Shown piece by piece: positions 12,436 to 26,385 of a stretch of 64,000 bases of DNA; positions within the stretch are counted from its first letter, which is position 1, and each line of letters starts with the position of its first letter. The stretch spans positions 14,570,001 to 14,634,000 of the forward strand of contig CM069164.1 in NCBI GenBank assembly GCA_035221665.1. Direction: 5' to 3'. Source of the stretch: Okamejei kenojei (Eukaryota). Below the pieces are notes generated by a model that did no database searches, was not told the DNA's origin, and saw only the letters and a program-made list of their open reading frames with translations. The position numbers were made by a program, and so were the translations under genes.

Positions 12436-14544
12436 CTGAACCAATGAAGTGTGCCATACACTTTCTTCACCTTCTTCCTACGCCGCCTTCACATCCCTGC
12501 GTACCCTAAAATCTCATTGTTCAACAACATTCCCCAGGGCTCTGCCGTCAGGTGCGAATGTCTAGCACAAGTTTAACTTCCCAAAGCATTTGACAGAGTT
12601 AAAACCATCGACCATTCTCTTACTATTTTTCCTGTTGACCTATACTCTCTTGAAACCTGAAGCAACCTTCTTCACAGTCTGGTTTGTTTGCAAATTTACA
12701 TGCCCTCTACTTTCTCTTACAAATAATGAATACAGATGACAATCAATTATTGTTTAATAAAATGGCCTGGGGAGGAAAGAAAGAAGAGACAAACAAAATT
12801 CTTACATCAAATTCAACATGGTTTCTCTGTTTCCACCATTCAACACGCAACAAATTCCAGATACTAATTGTTCACAGCACAATATAAGCTTTCTACATTT
12901 TGTCTCTGGTTCACTTTGCACACACCTTCCTGACCTGACAAATATATTGCCCTTCCATCTTGGTCACTGTGTCTAAATCCTGAAATTCCCCTCCCGATAG
13001 CATCAAGACATATCTTCACCAGAAAGACCACAGCAGTTCAAAATAATGGCTCATTAAAATCTGTTCAAAGTTGAAATTGTTGATGGTTTCCCTTTTTGAG
13101 TGTAATCCCCTCTTGGTTTTGACTGAAACCATCTAATCTCTTGTGCTTTAAGGAGAACAATCCCAATTTTTCTGTCGATTTTAATCCTTCATCCATGGAA
13201 CTAGTCCAATGATTTTTCTCTGCATCCGCTCCAAGGTCTTGACATCTTCATGATGTGGTGATTGGATAGATTCCAAAGGGGAATAAAGTGCAGAGAGATA
13301 ATAATAATATATCTTATTGTCATTACACATAAGTGCAACGAGATTTGGTTAGATGGGGAAAGAACAATGTGGGGGACTATTTGGTTTGTCAGGCAAATGG
13401 CTTCTTGTGTGCTTAATGGTTCCATGATATCCACTTGCGGCCTTGCCATGACCCAGATCCCCACAGATGTTGTGTAACCATCTTGAACTTCTGTTTCAGA
13501 TAGTAGACTGCAGAATCTAACAATGGATGGCGCTGGTTTGATAACTTACCATCCGTTAATAGTATATCCTATACGGTGAATTGCCATTTTACAGCATAGT
13601 CAGTGGGTTATCACCTTTTTGAAGGGAAGTACAGAAGATGAGGCAGATATTGAGCTTTATTTGGTGCAGTGTTAATTTGGCGCCTGGTATATTTTTACAC
13701 AGCTGTTTGTCACCAAGTTGGGAAATGACCTTGCAAAGTCCATAGATATTTTGCAGCGAAATAGAATTATAGATTGTTTCCTAGAGACAACTGATGTTAA
13801 AATGTTAAAGTACAATTCAGCCAGAATTATATTGGATGTCATTTTTAGTCACAATGTGTAATCTTTTATTATATCTCCAACAGCACAGAAGGAAACTATT
13901 TGAAGCATCAGATCCATGCCAGTTCCCAGGGCAATCATTAATCCCATTGCTCTTTTCGTCATCTCCCTCTATCCTGCAACTTGCATGCTTTTCATATGCC
14001 CATTGTCTCCCTATTAACTCTTTGTGTAAATAGCATATACCAAGGTATAATTTACAACGGCCAGTTTACCTACAAACATACCTTTTGGATGTGGGAGGAA
14101 GCTGTATAACTCAGAAGAAAGCCACATAGTTATGGAGGGGACATGCAAACTCCACTTAGACAGCACCCAAGGCCAGCATGGAAACCGGGTCCCTGGAACG
14201 GTGAGGCAGCAGCTTTATTACCTGCTGCGACATCTCACTCTCAGGACTAAACTAGATTATGTGCTGAATAACAAGGCTGCATTGATCACATTGTCTATAT
14301 ACAGTACATTCCATATGTTAGCCTAGAATTTGGTCTGTTGATATGAAGGAACATTAAGCAGTTGTGGTACAACAGACCTTGTGGGCGTCCGGCTGAAAAT
14401 TGTGATAATGCGTGATAATCCAAGACCACCAGAAGCCTATAGTTTAGCAAAAGTCATAACAAAATCAGAATGATTCTGAGTGTCTTAAAATATTCCAGAT
14501 GTACAGAACTTGATTCTTACCAGTCTTTATTTTCCTTACCACAG

Positions 14545-14707
14545 CTGAAGGCTGCAGATTTACCAGACACGAAAATTCCAGTGGAGTGGATGGAGTCACA
14601 GGCTAGTCTGCTGCTGAAGCTGATGATGCAACAATGTCCAACACAGTATGAACTTGGAAAGCTGTTGCAGTTACTGGCTGATGTGGACTACACCTTTGTA
14701 TCTAATG
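14545..14707 (+). CDS. SPG11: Spatacsin exon (~exon 28), 163 bp
   Basis: acag|CTGAAG...TCTAATG|gtaaag. Encodes LKAADLPDTKIPVEWMESQASLLLKLMMQQCPTQYELGKLLQLL... Confidence 0.95.
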
Positions 14708-17700
14708 GTAAAGATGTTTGCAAATCGAGATCTTTATTAACATAGTGCTTTTTCCCCAACCTTTGCATGCCTTCAAGCACATCACATATACTCAAAGATC
14801 AAGTCACTAGGGATGGGGAATTCTCAATGTTGGGAATCCTTTGAGCGGAGTTTCTACTCGTGTCACTCTCAGGTGGCTGACCACATTTCTAGACTCTGCA
14901 GCAGATCAGCCTCTCAGCATTTGCTTGAAGAACTTTATACTTCAAGTAGATTGCTTGTCATTCTCTGTACAAAAGGTTGTAGGCCCAGTCCAATTCTCTC
15001 TCTTCATCAGCTAATTCCCTCTGCCTAGGAAGGTCTATTAGATTCTAACATTTAGGAACAATATGACCCATAACACTCCATGCTATTTTTTCTCTCGACA
15101 ATTGTTAGCTTCCTGACCCATGTCCTACATTACAAACAGTTCACATGCAAGTTGCGTGTCAAAATGAAGAGCATTTTCTTCCATGAAATCTCCTGTACTG
15201 CCTTAGGTTCCTTACAAAATAAAATGACAATCAGGTGCTTCCTCTTATGTCGGGTAAGAACAGAGCAAGCTACAAACCATCTGCGAACTCTAGTTGTGCA
15301 CCCACACCAAACGGAATCGTTTTGACAAAAGGTTGGGGGCAAGTCACCACCATAGACAATGAAGAATTTGGTTGTCAATAAATAGGAAGCTGTATATAAT
15401 CCTAATACCATGAAGGCTCCAATATTCCTTTTATCTGAGGGATATTTGGTTGATTCACATTTCAAACACCTTGTGAAATACATCACAATATATCTGTTCC
15501 ATAAAAATGTGTCCTCATATATCCCTCATTTTTCTAAACAGTCTCAGTGTTAGAGCTTCTAAACTGCTCTCTTGCCTTTTAGATGTGTTTCAGGCTCCCT
15601 CAAGTGTGATAGCGACTTCAGTCAGATCTTTTTGTAAATGACAGGTTAGAAGACTGTGCCAGGATCATTTTCAGTGGGAATCCGGGATCAGCATTTGATT
15701 TGTAATTGCCTGACACTTTTCAACACTCCCTGTCATGACCCTTGTACCTAGCCGTTAAACAAATGTCTAGGACGGCTTCACTGTGCTTGTGAATAAAATC
15801 TGGTATCAAATGGAAAAATGCAAGGTAATGAAATCAGCACACAGCTCCCAGATCAGCACACAGCTCCCAGATCAGTTTACATCTGAAGGAGCAGGATGGC
15901 ATATGGTTTGCATTATTTGTAAAAGCTTTGATTCCTGAGCAAGGAAATTAATTTCATACAGGATAAACCAGAATATAATCATATGGAAGCAATTTTCTGT
16001 TTGCCATGAATCATACAGGAAGGTGATGGCTTACTGTAACCTCTCTATTCAGCAAATAGGGTATCATTTAAAATGATGTCAAAGATGTTTATTCTACCTT
16101 TTATAGAAGAACAAAGAGCTTGCAAACCAAGTTTCTGCTGAAAGGGAACCCTTGATGATTAGATTCATCTTTTCTTTGGTTTGTTAGCGGAAGAAAAGTC
16201 CCCATTTGAAACTTTTCAGAAATGTGAAATCCTTTTTGAATAAATCACTGGTAACAAAATGAAACTCCACAGAACGTTTTCCTTGCATTCTGCTAATGAA
16301 TGGAACAGCCAGTGTTTGCAGCTCGATAATATTCGACATAAATACTCATGACTGTTCAAATCTGACTGATTTTTGGACATCCTTGACTAATTTGTCTATT
16401 TTAGCAATAGAAGTTATATTTAAGCAGAAACTGCAAGTAATTTAAACAGGAGAAATTGATAACGATGTTGAGTTGCAGTGTGAACAACCACTGTGACTAC
16501 ACAATGCTAGAGAGGACCATGCTATGCTAATCTTCACACACCGTCAGTAGATGGCAGGCTTGCTGTAACCATTAGCCCAGCCCAGGAACAAATTCATCCA
16601 TTCTGTGGAGGACCAACATTAACTGGCTGGGTGCTGGATTCAGGCATTTCTGGGATAAAGTGGGGGATTAGAGAGGGATCAAGACATGGAGCGCGTGTGT
16701 GGCAGGAGCGGCACATGATTCTGATGCAGAGGCAAGAAGAGATTCTGCTGATGTTTTAAGTAGCTTTACAAAAATTACCCCTTGTGATCTCCAGTGGTGC
16801 CATTTAACAGCCAATAATGGTTAGATCAGTGCAAAACATGAATTTACTGGGTGTCTTAGCTTGTGTAGTGGTCAGCAAGGCAGAGATATCCTTAATCTTC
16901 AATCACAGGTCGATACTCGATCCCATTGATGGTGATGTCTGTGTTACTGCCGCACAACGGTCACAGAAACTGTGCCTGAAAATCAGGCAAAACACTCACC
17001 AATTGTTGCCCTCATATGACTATACGAACATCACATTTATTTTCACATTGTTACAATGAAGGAGTTCTGGAACATTTTTTTTATAGATATCTCTGATATT
17101 CTCATGGTTGGGTAACCCTAACACCGTCATATGGCATTTTTTCCTTTTCTGTTAACTTTTTTTTTTCAATTTCACCTCCATTGAAGAAATTGAAACGACA
17201 ATGTTTGTGAGCCCACCTTGCAGAAAAAAGCAACTGGCGTCTGACAAAGGGTCCCAGCTCAAAACATCACCTGTCCATGTACTCTAGAGGTGCTGCCTAA
17301 CCCGTTGAGCTACTCCAGCACTTTGTGTCCTCGTGGCACCTTGAGGCTTTGTTAAAGTCACATTGTCAATCCCAGCATCTCCACCAGTTGCCCCGTATTA
17401 ACTTTGTGTGAAACTTCAGCAGTACATTTTGTTATTAGATAAATGCAGTTCATTGTTTTTTTTAATGCAGCATTTGTCTCAGGCGGATATAACAATAACA
17501 TTAAGCTAAATAATTTTGATATTAATTTGTACTGTATAAAAGGATATTTTTAATTGAAAAAAAAAACCCCTTCCTGCATTGTTGGACGTCATCGTGTCCG
17601 CAGGATATTGATAAATGATGAAGACTTTGTACCAGTTTTGTAGGTTGTACCAAACCCCCAAAAATAAATAGTTACCTCAAAGTTTATTCCACATTTTTGT

Positions 17701-17822
17701 CTTACATTCCTCAGGATAATGGAACTTTGTTACTTGAGAGCAAATATTCCAATTGAATTTTGAAATGTTCACATCTAGTTTATGTTGCAATGCATAATTG
17801 AAGGTTTGTCTTTCATAATTAG

Positions 17823-18037
17823 GTCCGGATTTCCAAAAACTGAGCCAACTTGCTCATCTCCTGCAGGAAACATCAATCTCCATCGATCACTCGCTCTTCT
17901 CTGACTGCAGTGTGGAAACCCTACAGTATGTGTGTGGGAATATTCTGAACCAATTGCAGAAGAAAGGACTCTTTGTTCTCGCAAGGCAGGTGGCAGATCT
18001 TGCTGAGCTGGCGGTGGACAGCTTGCTTGTTGATGAG
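17823..18037 (+). CDS. SPG11: Spatacsin exon (~exon 29), 215 bp
   Basis: ttag|GTCCGGAT...GATGAG|gtgatg. Encodes (G)PDFQKLSQLAHLLQETSISIDH...LARQVADLAELAVDSLLVDE. Confidence 0.93.
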
Positions 18038-18613
18038 GTGATGTTTTTGTTCATTTAGTTTGATCATAGGACAAACCTATAAATTAGGTTTAATATGCCT
18101 TGGTTTTGGTCATATTAATTGTTTTCTCAGTAGAGGGTATTGATGGAACGAGAGCTGTTCATAGATTTAATTCTGATTGGAAAGTTCCTTAGATTAGAAC
18201 CAGAAATAAATGATTGTATTTCAGGACAATACAAAGTGCTTTACAGTATTGCTTGAAATGTAGCCACTGTTCTAAAATGGAGCATATGGTTGACATTCTA
18301 TGCACTGCAAGTCGCGACAAATACCAATTGGATAGCAACCATATTTAATAACACTGTGAGAGGGATATATATTGGCCTGGATGTTGAGGAGAGTTGCCCT
18401 ACTCCTCAAAATAATGCCATTTTTTGACTACGGGAGAGGGCCTTGCTTTTATCTACCAACTGGTTAACAGCATTCCTGACTCTACCGTAGGTTTCACTGA
18501 TTTGATTGAGTATTGAGAGGTAACCAAGAAGATTGATGAAGATAGATGTTATCTGTATGGACTGTAGTAAGACTTTTGACAAAGTCTCACATGGCAGGCT
18601 AGTCCAGAGGGTA

Positions 18614-19354
18614 ATGGGCCTGTCCCACTCAGGCGCTATTTAGGCAACTGCAGGAGATTATGCAGTCGCCACATGTTTGCGGGTGGTTGCTGGGGAGTCG
18701 CCTTCATGGTTGTGAGGAGTTCCCGCATTCTGGGATCTAGTCGTGGCCTCCTTATAGTCGCCGCGAATTGCTCAACATGTTGAAAAATTAGTGGTGACTA
18801 GAATGAAGCCGACATGGAGAGTAGCGAGAATTCTCTATCCGTAGGTAGGTCGGCAGGAGATCCTAGTGGGTTGCCAGGAGGTTGAATCTTCACGTAGGTT
18901 GTAGCCGGTGCTAACCGGTAAATTTCATTGGCTCATTGGGGGGAAAAAACGTAAGCAGTAGTTTTCAGAACCAAGGATAACCTACCGATAATGTTGAATG
19001 TCCGCCAAGCTTCACAGCCGTGTATCTCTGGCTTCTTAAAAGTTGTCTCCACTCCTTCTCCCTCCTATTTTAAAGGACTTACCGTACACTGTGCTTTAGC
19101 GATCTGAATTACAGCGTCAACCTTCCTGTTCATCGCTGTGTGTGTCTGTATCACTTTGGCTTTGCTCTGTGTGAATTTCACTCAGTCAGCGCTCCCCCCC
19201 CCTTGCCCTGTCTTCCATTTGTATAACGGACTGGTGAAGGAAGTGATGTGTGTGTGTGTGTGTGTGTTCCACTCTGACAGTCGCCGTTCCAGTTGCCAGT
19301 TTTTCAAGCGACTGCCGGTAACTTGACAGTCGCCTGAAAAATGGACAGGCCCAT
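18614..19354. mobile_element. Related non-autonomous DNA transposon nested in a CR1 fragment
   Basis: TA|ATGGGCCTGTCC...GGACAGGCCCAT|TA; CR1-like sequence on both sides; shares TCAACATGTTGAAAAAT with the 3088 MITE. Confidence 0.8.
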
Positions 19355-19724
19355 TAGGGTACAAGGCATGAAAGGCATTGGTTGGGTGATAGCAGGTACA
19401 GTGTAGTGGTGCGTGCATGCTTTTCCAAGTGAAAATATGTAACATGGTGTACCACAGGATTGTGCTGCAACTTTCGTTGGTTATAATATGCACAAATGAC
19501 TTGGATCAGAATGTAGGGCTTATGGTTACTAGGTTTTCAGAAGACACAAAAATTGGGATATAGATAACAAAGAAGGCTATGTACAGATACAATGGGACAT
19601 AATCAGCTGGAAAGTTGGACAGCGGAATGGTCAAAAACGTTCTTACAACCATCAGGTTGAACCAACCTGTACAACCTTAATCTTACCTCAACAGTGGAAC
19701 AATATGGACCACCTCTATAATGAA

Positions 19725-19840
19725 GCTGGACACAAAATGCTGGAGTAACTCAGGGGGTGAAGCAGCATCTCTGGAGAGAAGGAATGGGTGACAATTCGGG
19801 TTGATACCCTTCTGCAGACCTGAAACGTCACCCATTCCTT
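19725..19840. repeat. Further Penelope 3'-repeat fragments or fold-backs (also ~1995-2180, 5820-5925, 6575-6615, 17238-17330, 20826-21010, 25025-25560, 28957-29050, 32490-32580, 38245-38320, 39105-39230, 40290-40530, 60110-60285, 61075-61130)
   Basis: Recurrent ctggagtaactcagcggg..cagcatctctggaga / agatgctgcc..gctgagtt..ccagca sequence with decayed CTGAnGA...GAAA cores. Boundaries approximate. Confidence 0.7.
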
Positions 19841-19978
19841 GATCGGTGGTGGTCGGCATGATCTCGATGGGCGGAAGGGCCTTTTTCCATGCTTATTCTC
19901 TAAGCTAACTGAACAAACGAAAATAGTAAATTCCATATTGTGTTTCGATCCATTATTTAATTTCTTCTTCTCTTACAG

Positions 19979-20738
19979 GTGTCTCAGGAGTTACAAGATT
20001 TGAAACGACGTGGTCAGTGGCGAAGGAAGGAGACGAGAATAAATTTTTGGAAAAAGTGCCACGATTGTTTCAAAAAGAATTTGATCTCCAATGTAGTTGC
20101 CTCTGAATTCTTCCTGTCCCAGGCCAATAATAAGCTGTCCACTAAGTCGCAGTCACCATTACCTTTGAAAGAACAGCTTCTGGATATTCAGGAAAAATGC
20201 ATGTTGCTGATGATAGCCGGCTATTGGTTGTCAAGCAGCACCCCACCACTCTTGGAACAGCTGGAGGAGGTGGAGAAGAGGATTTGGTTATGCCACATCA
20301 GTCAGCAGACTTTGCTGATGTCCACAGCTTCAAGGTGTTCATGGCAGGTTTCGATCTGCGGCGAAATTACCTTTGAAGATGCCACCAAAGAGTTCCTGTT
20401 CTCAAATCTGCCGGCTCTGAACTCATCAAAGTACCTCAGGCTGGAAGGATTTCCAAACAAGGACTTGGCGTCCAAATGTAGGCTAGGAGCAGCAGAGAAA
20501 GAGGCCCTTAATATTTTGATTGGCAATTTATTAGATGGAGGATACATCCATGAAGCCAGTAGAGTCTGTAGATACTTTGAATTTTATAACCAGGACTTAT
20601 CACTAGTTCTCCACTGTAGAGCTTTAGCTTCAGGAGAAGCACAAACAACTGATTTCCACCCTACAATCAAGATTCTTTTGACTACAGATGTTGCTTTGAA
20701 TGGAGAGATGAGACACCATCGAAAAAGGACACCAAGCT
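19979..20738 (+). CDS. SPG11: Spatacsin large exon (~exon 30), 760 bp
   Basis: ttacag|GTGTCT...CCAAGCT|gtaagt. Contains RINFWKKC, LEEVEKRIWLC and IHEASRVCRYFEFYNQDLSLVLHCRALASGEA. ORF 19979..20872 reads past the donor into the intron. Confidence 0.97.
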
Positions 20739-21881
20739 GTAAGTTGGTTTATTTGTCATTGTTACAACTCCTTCAGGAGGCCATTTGGCCTACAGTGTTT
20801 GTACCAGGATCTTTGAAAGGGCAGACACAAGAGACTGCAAATCAGCACAATCTACTGGAAGAACTCGACTGATTTAGCAGCAAATGTGGAGGGACAGGAA
20901 TGGCGGACATCTTGCTTCTAGACCCCTGAAGCAGGGTCTTGACTCAAAAAGACATCTACCCCTTTGCCTCCACAGATGCTGCTTGTTGAGATTCTTCAGC
21001 AGTTTGTTTTTCACTCTTTGAAAGAAGTGTCGGAATTTAGTAACTTAATTCCAAGCTTTTTGTCCTAACCTGGTGCGTTTCAAATATTATTTCACAAAAT
21101 GATCTGTTAGTGTGGTCCAGGACCAAACTTCTCAATAACAAAGCAACTGGAAGAGAGTGCTTGCAGACAGTCCAGTAGCAAATCCGATTCATGGTGTTCA
21201 GAAATGGCCATCAATGTGCTGGACTTCACTAGGCATTTGGGATGTTTGAGATAAATGGTGTGGAGGTAAAAGATGTGGGAATGGAAGAGAAGATGATCTC
21301 ATTCCTGTTGATGTCAATTTATGCCCCATCAATAATGTCTTAACAGCTTATAATAGCTTCTCCCATATCACGGACTCTTCAACAAGAGTTTAAGACTCTG
21401 ACAATTCATTCTGTTTATTTTCTTCAGTTTGTATTGATGTAACAACGAGCTTGCAACAGTGTGCTTATTTGTCATGTTAAGAGGCCTCTTAAAATGCAAA
21501 GTTGATAGAGATAGTAAAGGGAGCATTGACTACAGCATAAATCATTCCAATGTTAATTGTTAATTCTAAATGCAATGTAATCCTTCCTCTCCTCATTGGT
21601 GTCAGGACAGTTAATGTTCATCATTGTGAGAACTAACTCTGTCCAACGGGTAATGTTCCTGTCATTGAGCGTGGAATAATTATCACAATGTGAATGGTTT
21701 CACAGATAGTCAATAACTGTGTGTGGAAGAGTTTGGATGTCTAGAAGTATAAGAACTCTGCTGAAGTTTGGGAGTACTGGTTCATTTCATATTCAAGTAG
21801 CACACAAGAAGTGAACAACATTTGTGTGAATGAGGTAAAATTAGTTGGGGTAATTGGACTTGAATGTAATTAACCACCATA

Positions 21882-22173
21882 GGGCGGCAGAGTTGCTGCC
21901 TTACAGCGCCAGGGACCCGGGTTCGATCCTGACTATGAGTGAGTATCTGTACAGAGTTTGTAAGTTCTCCCCATGACCTGCGTGGGTTTGTCCAAGATCT
22001 TTGGTTTCCTCCTGCACTCCAAAGACGTACAGGTTTGTAACTTAATTGGCTTGGTATAACTGTAAATTAGTCTCTAGTGTGTGCAGGGTAATGATAATGT
22101 GCGGGGGATCACTGGTCGGCGCGAACTCGGTGGGCCGAAGGGCTTATTTCCGTGCTGTATCACTAAACTAAAC
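21882..22173 (+). mobile_element. HE1/V-SINE-like SINE (other copies ~14030-14228 -, 30850-30940 -, 35980-36110 +, 50666-50950 -, 61700-61840 -, 62005-62215 +)
   Basis: Collinear with 5025-5318; GGGTTCGATCC B box; (CTAAA)n tail. Confidence 0.85.
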
Positions 22174-22559
22174 CATTTTAAACCATCCATTCTGTTCACC
22201 TCTGATGGTGGCAAGGCTGGTGATAAGGTTATTAAGATGGCATTTGGGTTACTTTCCACAGTTGGCTGAGCTATAAAATAAATCGAGGTAATGCTAGAAC
22301 TGTATAAAAATAGGCCACCACTTTATCACCCATACAATCCAGGGTTAACACAATGCAGGAAGGATGCAAGTGCTTGAAAAAGCTGATGTGCACTGATTAT
22401 ATCTTAATTGACAAACTTTCATTACACCGAGAGATTGCCTTTGCTGTGGTTATTTACTATGGAATAAAGGCAGCCGAGAGGAATTTAAAATGAAAAAGAG
22501 GAACTTAGTTTGGTCCTTCCTATTCACATTATTTCTTTGAGCAGAGCTGTCCATAATCT

Positions 22560-23220
22560 GGAGACATAGACCAGGGCTGCATTCAAACATGGGCGCAAGC
22601 AATGGCCTTCATTAACCAGGGATTGTACAATCATTTATCTTTGGCATTCAGTCCCCTTACTATCACAGAGTTCCCAATCATCAAAATATTTTATGTTACC
22701 AGCTAAATATATGCCACAGTTACAAGAGCAGGTTGGGTATGTTGCAGAAAATGATTTGCATCCTGACATCCCAAAACCTTCCTACCATCCAGAAGGTTTA
22801 GGTTAGGTATATGATGAAACATTCTGAACTTGCCTAGATGAGTTCAGTGCCAACAACACAACAGAGGCTTGAGTTTTTCCAGGACAAAGCAACATACTTA
22901 AATGATTTACAAAATGCACCAGAGTTACTAACCAAGACTATTCCTAAAGCACCTCTTAAGTTCGGACCACTGCTACAAATGGTGTGGGCAGTAGGTGCAG
23001 GAGAACCCCTCCACTTACACGGTTCGTCTTCAACACACCTGATATCAAGAAAAAATGGCCCTTCATTCATAGTCACCAGCTCCAAATCCAAGAACTCCAT
23101 ACATTGGGGTGGGTACTGAGGGAACCCTGACAGAAGACGTGCAGCCATTCATGGAGGTGGCTTATCATCACTTTCTCATCACCAGTTAGTGGTGGGGAGT
23201 AAATACCAGTAATATCCCCA
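22560..23220 (+). mobile_element. Old CR1/L2-type LINE 3' remnant
   Basis: ccaggacaaagca...gtaggtgcaggagaaccc...tccaaatccaagaactcc resembles shark LINE 3' ends and accounts for ORF 22838..23119. Confidence 0.5.
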
Positions 23221-23895
23221 CACTATAAATAAATAAATAGATAAATAAAGCGCACATGAAGTATTTAAGCAAGCATTTGATGTGCTGTAATTTACAAGAC
23301 TATGAACTGAAAACTGGGAATTGATTTGATAACTCTTGGTAAATTGTTGTGGCTGAACAGTCTCTTCTACATAAATGTAAAGGACTTTGAGGCATCAGAA
23401 ATGGAAATGCAAAGAAAACCGTTGAGTAGCTTCTGTTGCAAATTTGATCGGTTTACAACATAACCTGCAAGAAAGAGTTTTCCTAACTTGACTACTTTCC
23501 TGCTTTTGGAAATATCAGATAGTTGCCATAAAAATAGAGAGAGGTGGTGAACTCTGTCCTTTTATAGTTTAGATTAAGATGTATTCTTTGCCATGACAAT
23601 TGCTGCTTTCCATCCAATAATTGCTCAGGAGAGTATTATTAATCTATTGGAGAAAATAGTAATTGCATATTGTTTTGTACATTTTCTTTATTTAATCTGA
23701 GTATTAACTTTGTATACTTTGTTGCCAAATGGTTACATCAAGTGACACTGAGTTCTAGATGTGGGCTCTACCGGATTTTACGCATTAAAATCACGTTCTC
23801 ATGTCTTTTACTGCACAATCAATAAGTAATCAAATTTTTGTTGCACAATCAATAAGCAATCATGTTTTTCTTTCCTTATTTGATTCTGCTGACAG

Positions 23896-24044
23896 TGAGC
23901 AATGCAGCCTCATCATTTGTTCAGTGCCAGGAAGACAACGTTTTTAAAGACCAGGTTGTTAAGGATGTGCAAATTCTCATTAACAAGAGCCACCATGGAA
24001 AGAGTTATTGCCATCAGATTCTTAGTTTATATGAGCTCTCAAAG
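23896..24044 (+). CDS. SPG11: Spatacsin exon (~exon 31), 149 bp
   Basis: gacag|TGAGC...TCAAAG|gtactg. Encodes ...QVVKDVQILINKSHHGKSYCHQILSLYELSK; phase 1 start fits exon 30. Confidence 0.9.
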
Positions 24045-25196
24045 GTACTGCATTACATTTTTCTTACAATTCATGTAACAATCTGGTAACAAATATTACC
24101 ACTGTTCTTAAATTATATGTAGCTAAAAGTAAATCACTGCTAATCAGTGATAAGAAAGAAATGTCTTACTCAATTAGTCCAAATAGATGCCCAGAAATGG
24201 GAGAAGTGATATAAAGTAGGATTGTGTTCTCTAATAATGGTATCATTCCAATCCCTGCTGTTATCCACATTGTGCACTTGATCATTGCCAAAGTGCTGAT
24301 GTGTGAGCAGTAATCAGTCACATTGCTACAAATCACTTGTGCAACTGATGATCATTTACTATCTCAGTTCAAATGCACTGTGCATTCATCTTGGGGATCC
24401 ATTATTTTACTCCATTCTGTTAGTATTTACAGTTATCTTAAAGCAAACTTTCTTAATTTGCAGCATTTGTGCTAAAGTGGATGTTTACAAGAAACGGACG
24501 CTGCACTAATGTCAATGTGATGTTTTTTTTGTAATCCAGTGCAATCCTAATCTGCCTTCTGTCTTGTGAAGCCCTGTTCACTTTAGTGTTAATATTCTGG
24601 CAACAAACACTGCAGTTCATACTGGGCTGTACTGTATTATAGGTCAGGGGTTCAATGCATAATAGCATCATTTATGCTTTTGTCCTCTGACTCCAATTAC
24701 TGAGGCATCATTTGGGAACATTGAGAATTATATACCCTGAAAAAAAATGCTGAAGAATAGACCAAAAGGTAAACAGTAGAGGGATAAATCTGGAAGACAC
24801 TTAGTGATCATCTCCCCAGCAGGAAATATTAGGATTATGAATGATTCTTTGTGAATGTGGAAGGGAACAAGGTTCCAGAGAATACATGCAAGGCTTTCTA
24901 AACTTCCAGAGAAGGTAACTAGAATCATCGCTTCTTACAGCACAGACGATTCCTGTTCAAAACATTATTATTCATAATCTGAAGCTCTCCCTCCTTGTGA
25001 TTGCCAACTGTCTGACTGACTTAGAAACAGAAAATGCGGCAATACAAAAAAATGCAGAAACATCCACCAAGTTAGGTAGTAGCATCTGTGGAAAGTGGAA
25101 CAGCTAACATTTCAGGTCTTTCATCAGAACTGGTAAAGGGAAAAAAATAACGCCTTTCAGAGAAGACGAGGGAGGGATTGGCAAACTAAGAAACAT

Positions 25197-25325
25197 GAGT
25201 CTGAAGAAGGGTCTCGGCCCGAAACGTCGCCTATCTCCTTCGCTCCTTAGATGCTGCTGCACCCGCTGAGTTTCTCCAGCTTTTTGTGTACCCTCGATTC
25301 TCCAGCATCTGCAGTTCCTTCTTTA
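25197..25325 (+). mobile_element. 129-bp non-coding Penelope-derived mini-element with hammerhead motif and 14-bp TSD
   Basis: TSD AAACTAAGAAACAT at 25183-25196 and 25326-25339; core at 25201-25228. Confidence 0.9.
25201..25228 (+). ncRNA. Minimal hammerhead motif, sense in SPG11 intron 31
   Basis: CTGAAGA-A-GGGT[CTCG]GCCC-GAAA-CGTC; the A-to-G variant keeps stem II paired as a U.G wobble. Confidence 0.6.
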
Positions 25326-25964
25326 AAACTAAGAAACATAGTCTACTTCTTATTCATAGTCTAAAATGAGCTGCATTTGCTCATTTGGTCTCACCCTATC
25401 TTAGAATTCCCTTTGTTCTGTGCATCCTACCCCTTCTTGTCTATTATTTCCTCATTCTGATTAAGAGTCCAGGCCTGAGATATTAATTGTTTTTCATTCC
25501 ATAGATTTTGACCGACCTGGATTTTTCCAGCATATACTGTTTTATTTCATATTTTCATAATCCATTTTTTTTTTCTTTTCTAACTTGTTCCTTTGGCATT
25601 TCAGCAGATCTCCTCCCTTAATGTTGTCATTTCTTAGAGCTGTTCCTGGCTCTCTTTACTTTCCGCTGTTCACAATTCCCCTTTCCAATTCTCTACTGTA
25701 CAACATAGCCAAGTCAAGCAGCAGTATTTTACATTTCACACATCAGTGAAAAGTGGTCATTCCGTGTGTGCCTTGTTGCAATAGCTCACCAAGGTGTTTT
25801 GTAATATTAAACCACCAATTATAAGTTTTGTTGGGGCATCCTGATCCATAATTTCACTTGGCTTTTTGAATAAATTATTTCACATCATTAATGAACTGGT
25901 GAAATAAAAAATCACTGAAGAAAAAATTCCGTAGTCACATATTTTTTATTTTCTTACTCTAAAG

Positions 25965-26163
25965 GAGCTCGGCTTTTCCTTCAATGATATCTCAACTCAG
26001 GATTCTGACACAGTTCTGAGGGAAGTGTTATCGTCACAACAGCCGGACCGTTATAAAAAGGCCCAGGCATTTATCACCACGCAAGGACTGAAAGCAGAGG
26101 CAGTTGCAGCTCTCGTGGCAGATGTAGTGGTTCAGGCCCTGCTGTCTTCAACACAATCTAAAG
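25965..26163 (+). CDS. SPG11: Spatacsin exon (~exon 32), 199 bp
   Basis: aaag|GAGCTC...TCTAAAG|gtaaac. Encodes ELGFSFNDISTQDSDTVLREVLSSQQPDRYKKAQAFITTQGLKAEAVAALVA... Confidence 0.95.
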
Positions 26164-26385
26164 GTAAACATTCTGCGATGCTATTTACTGGGTGCCTTGT
26201 ATAGACCTGAGTGCAATTTGTGTATGGAATCCAGAACTCTCAGCAGTGGCTAAAATTCCAGAGTACAAGTTAATTCATTGATAACTCCCAGGGAAAACGT
26301 TAGACTGATTGACGAATAAAGGTCCTCATGTCTGGAAGTTGTATTTTTAATCTGATTCATGACTTCAAAATAAGTTAATTTAAGT

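Noticed and set aside
12150-12509. ORFs spanning the N gap (likewise 61359-61607)
   Set aside because: Artefacts of translating Ns; the first set lies within CR1 remnants.
14900-15700. Possible fossil coding sequence (ORF 15130..15486)
   Set aside because: No motif I can recognise and no supporting splice or terminal structure.
20739-20872. C-terminal extension of the 297-aa ORF
   Set aside because: Lies past the strong gtaagt donor at 20739; spatacsin similarity resumes in the next exon.
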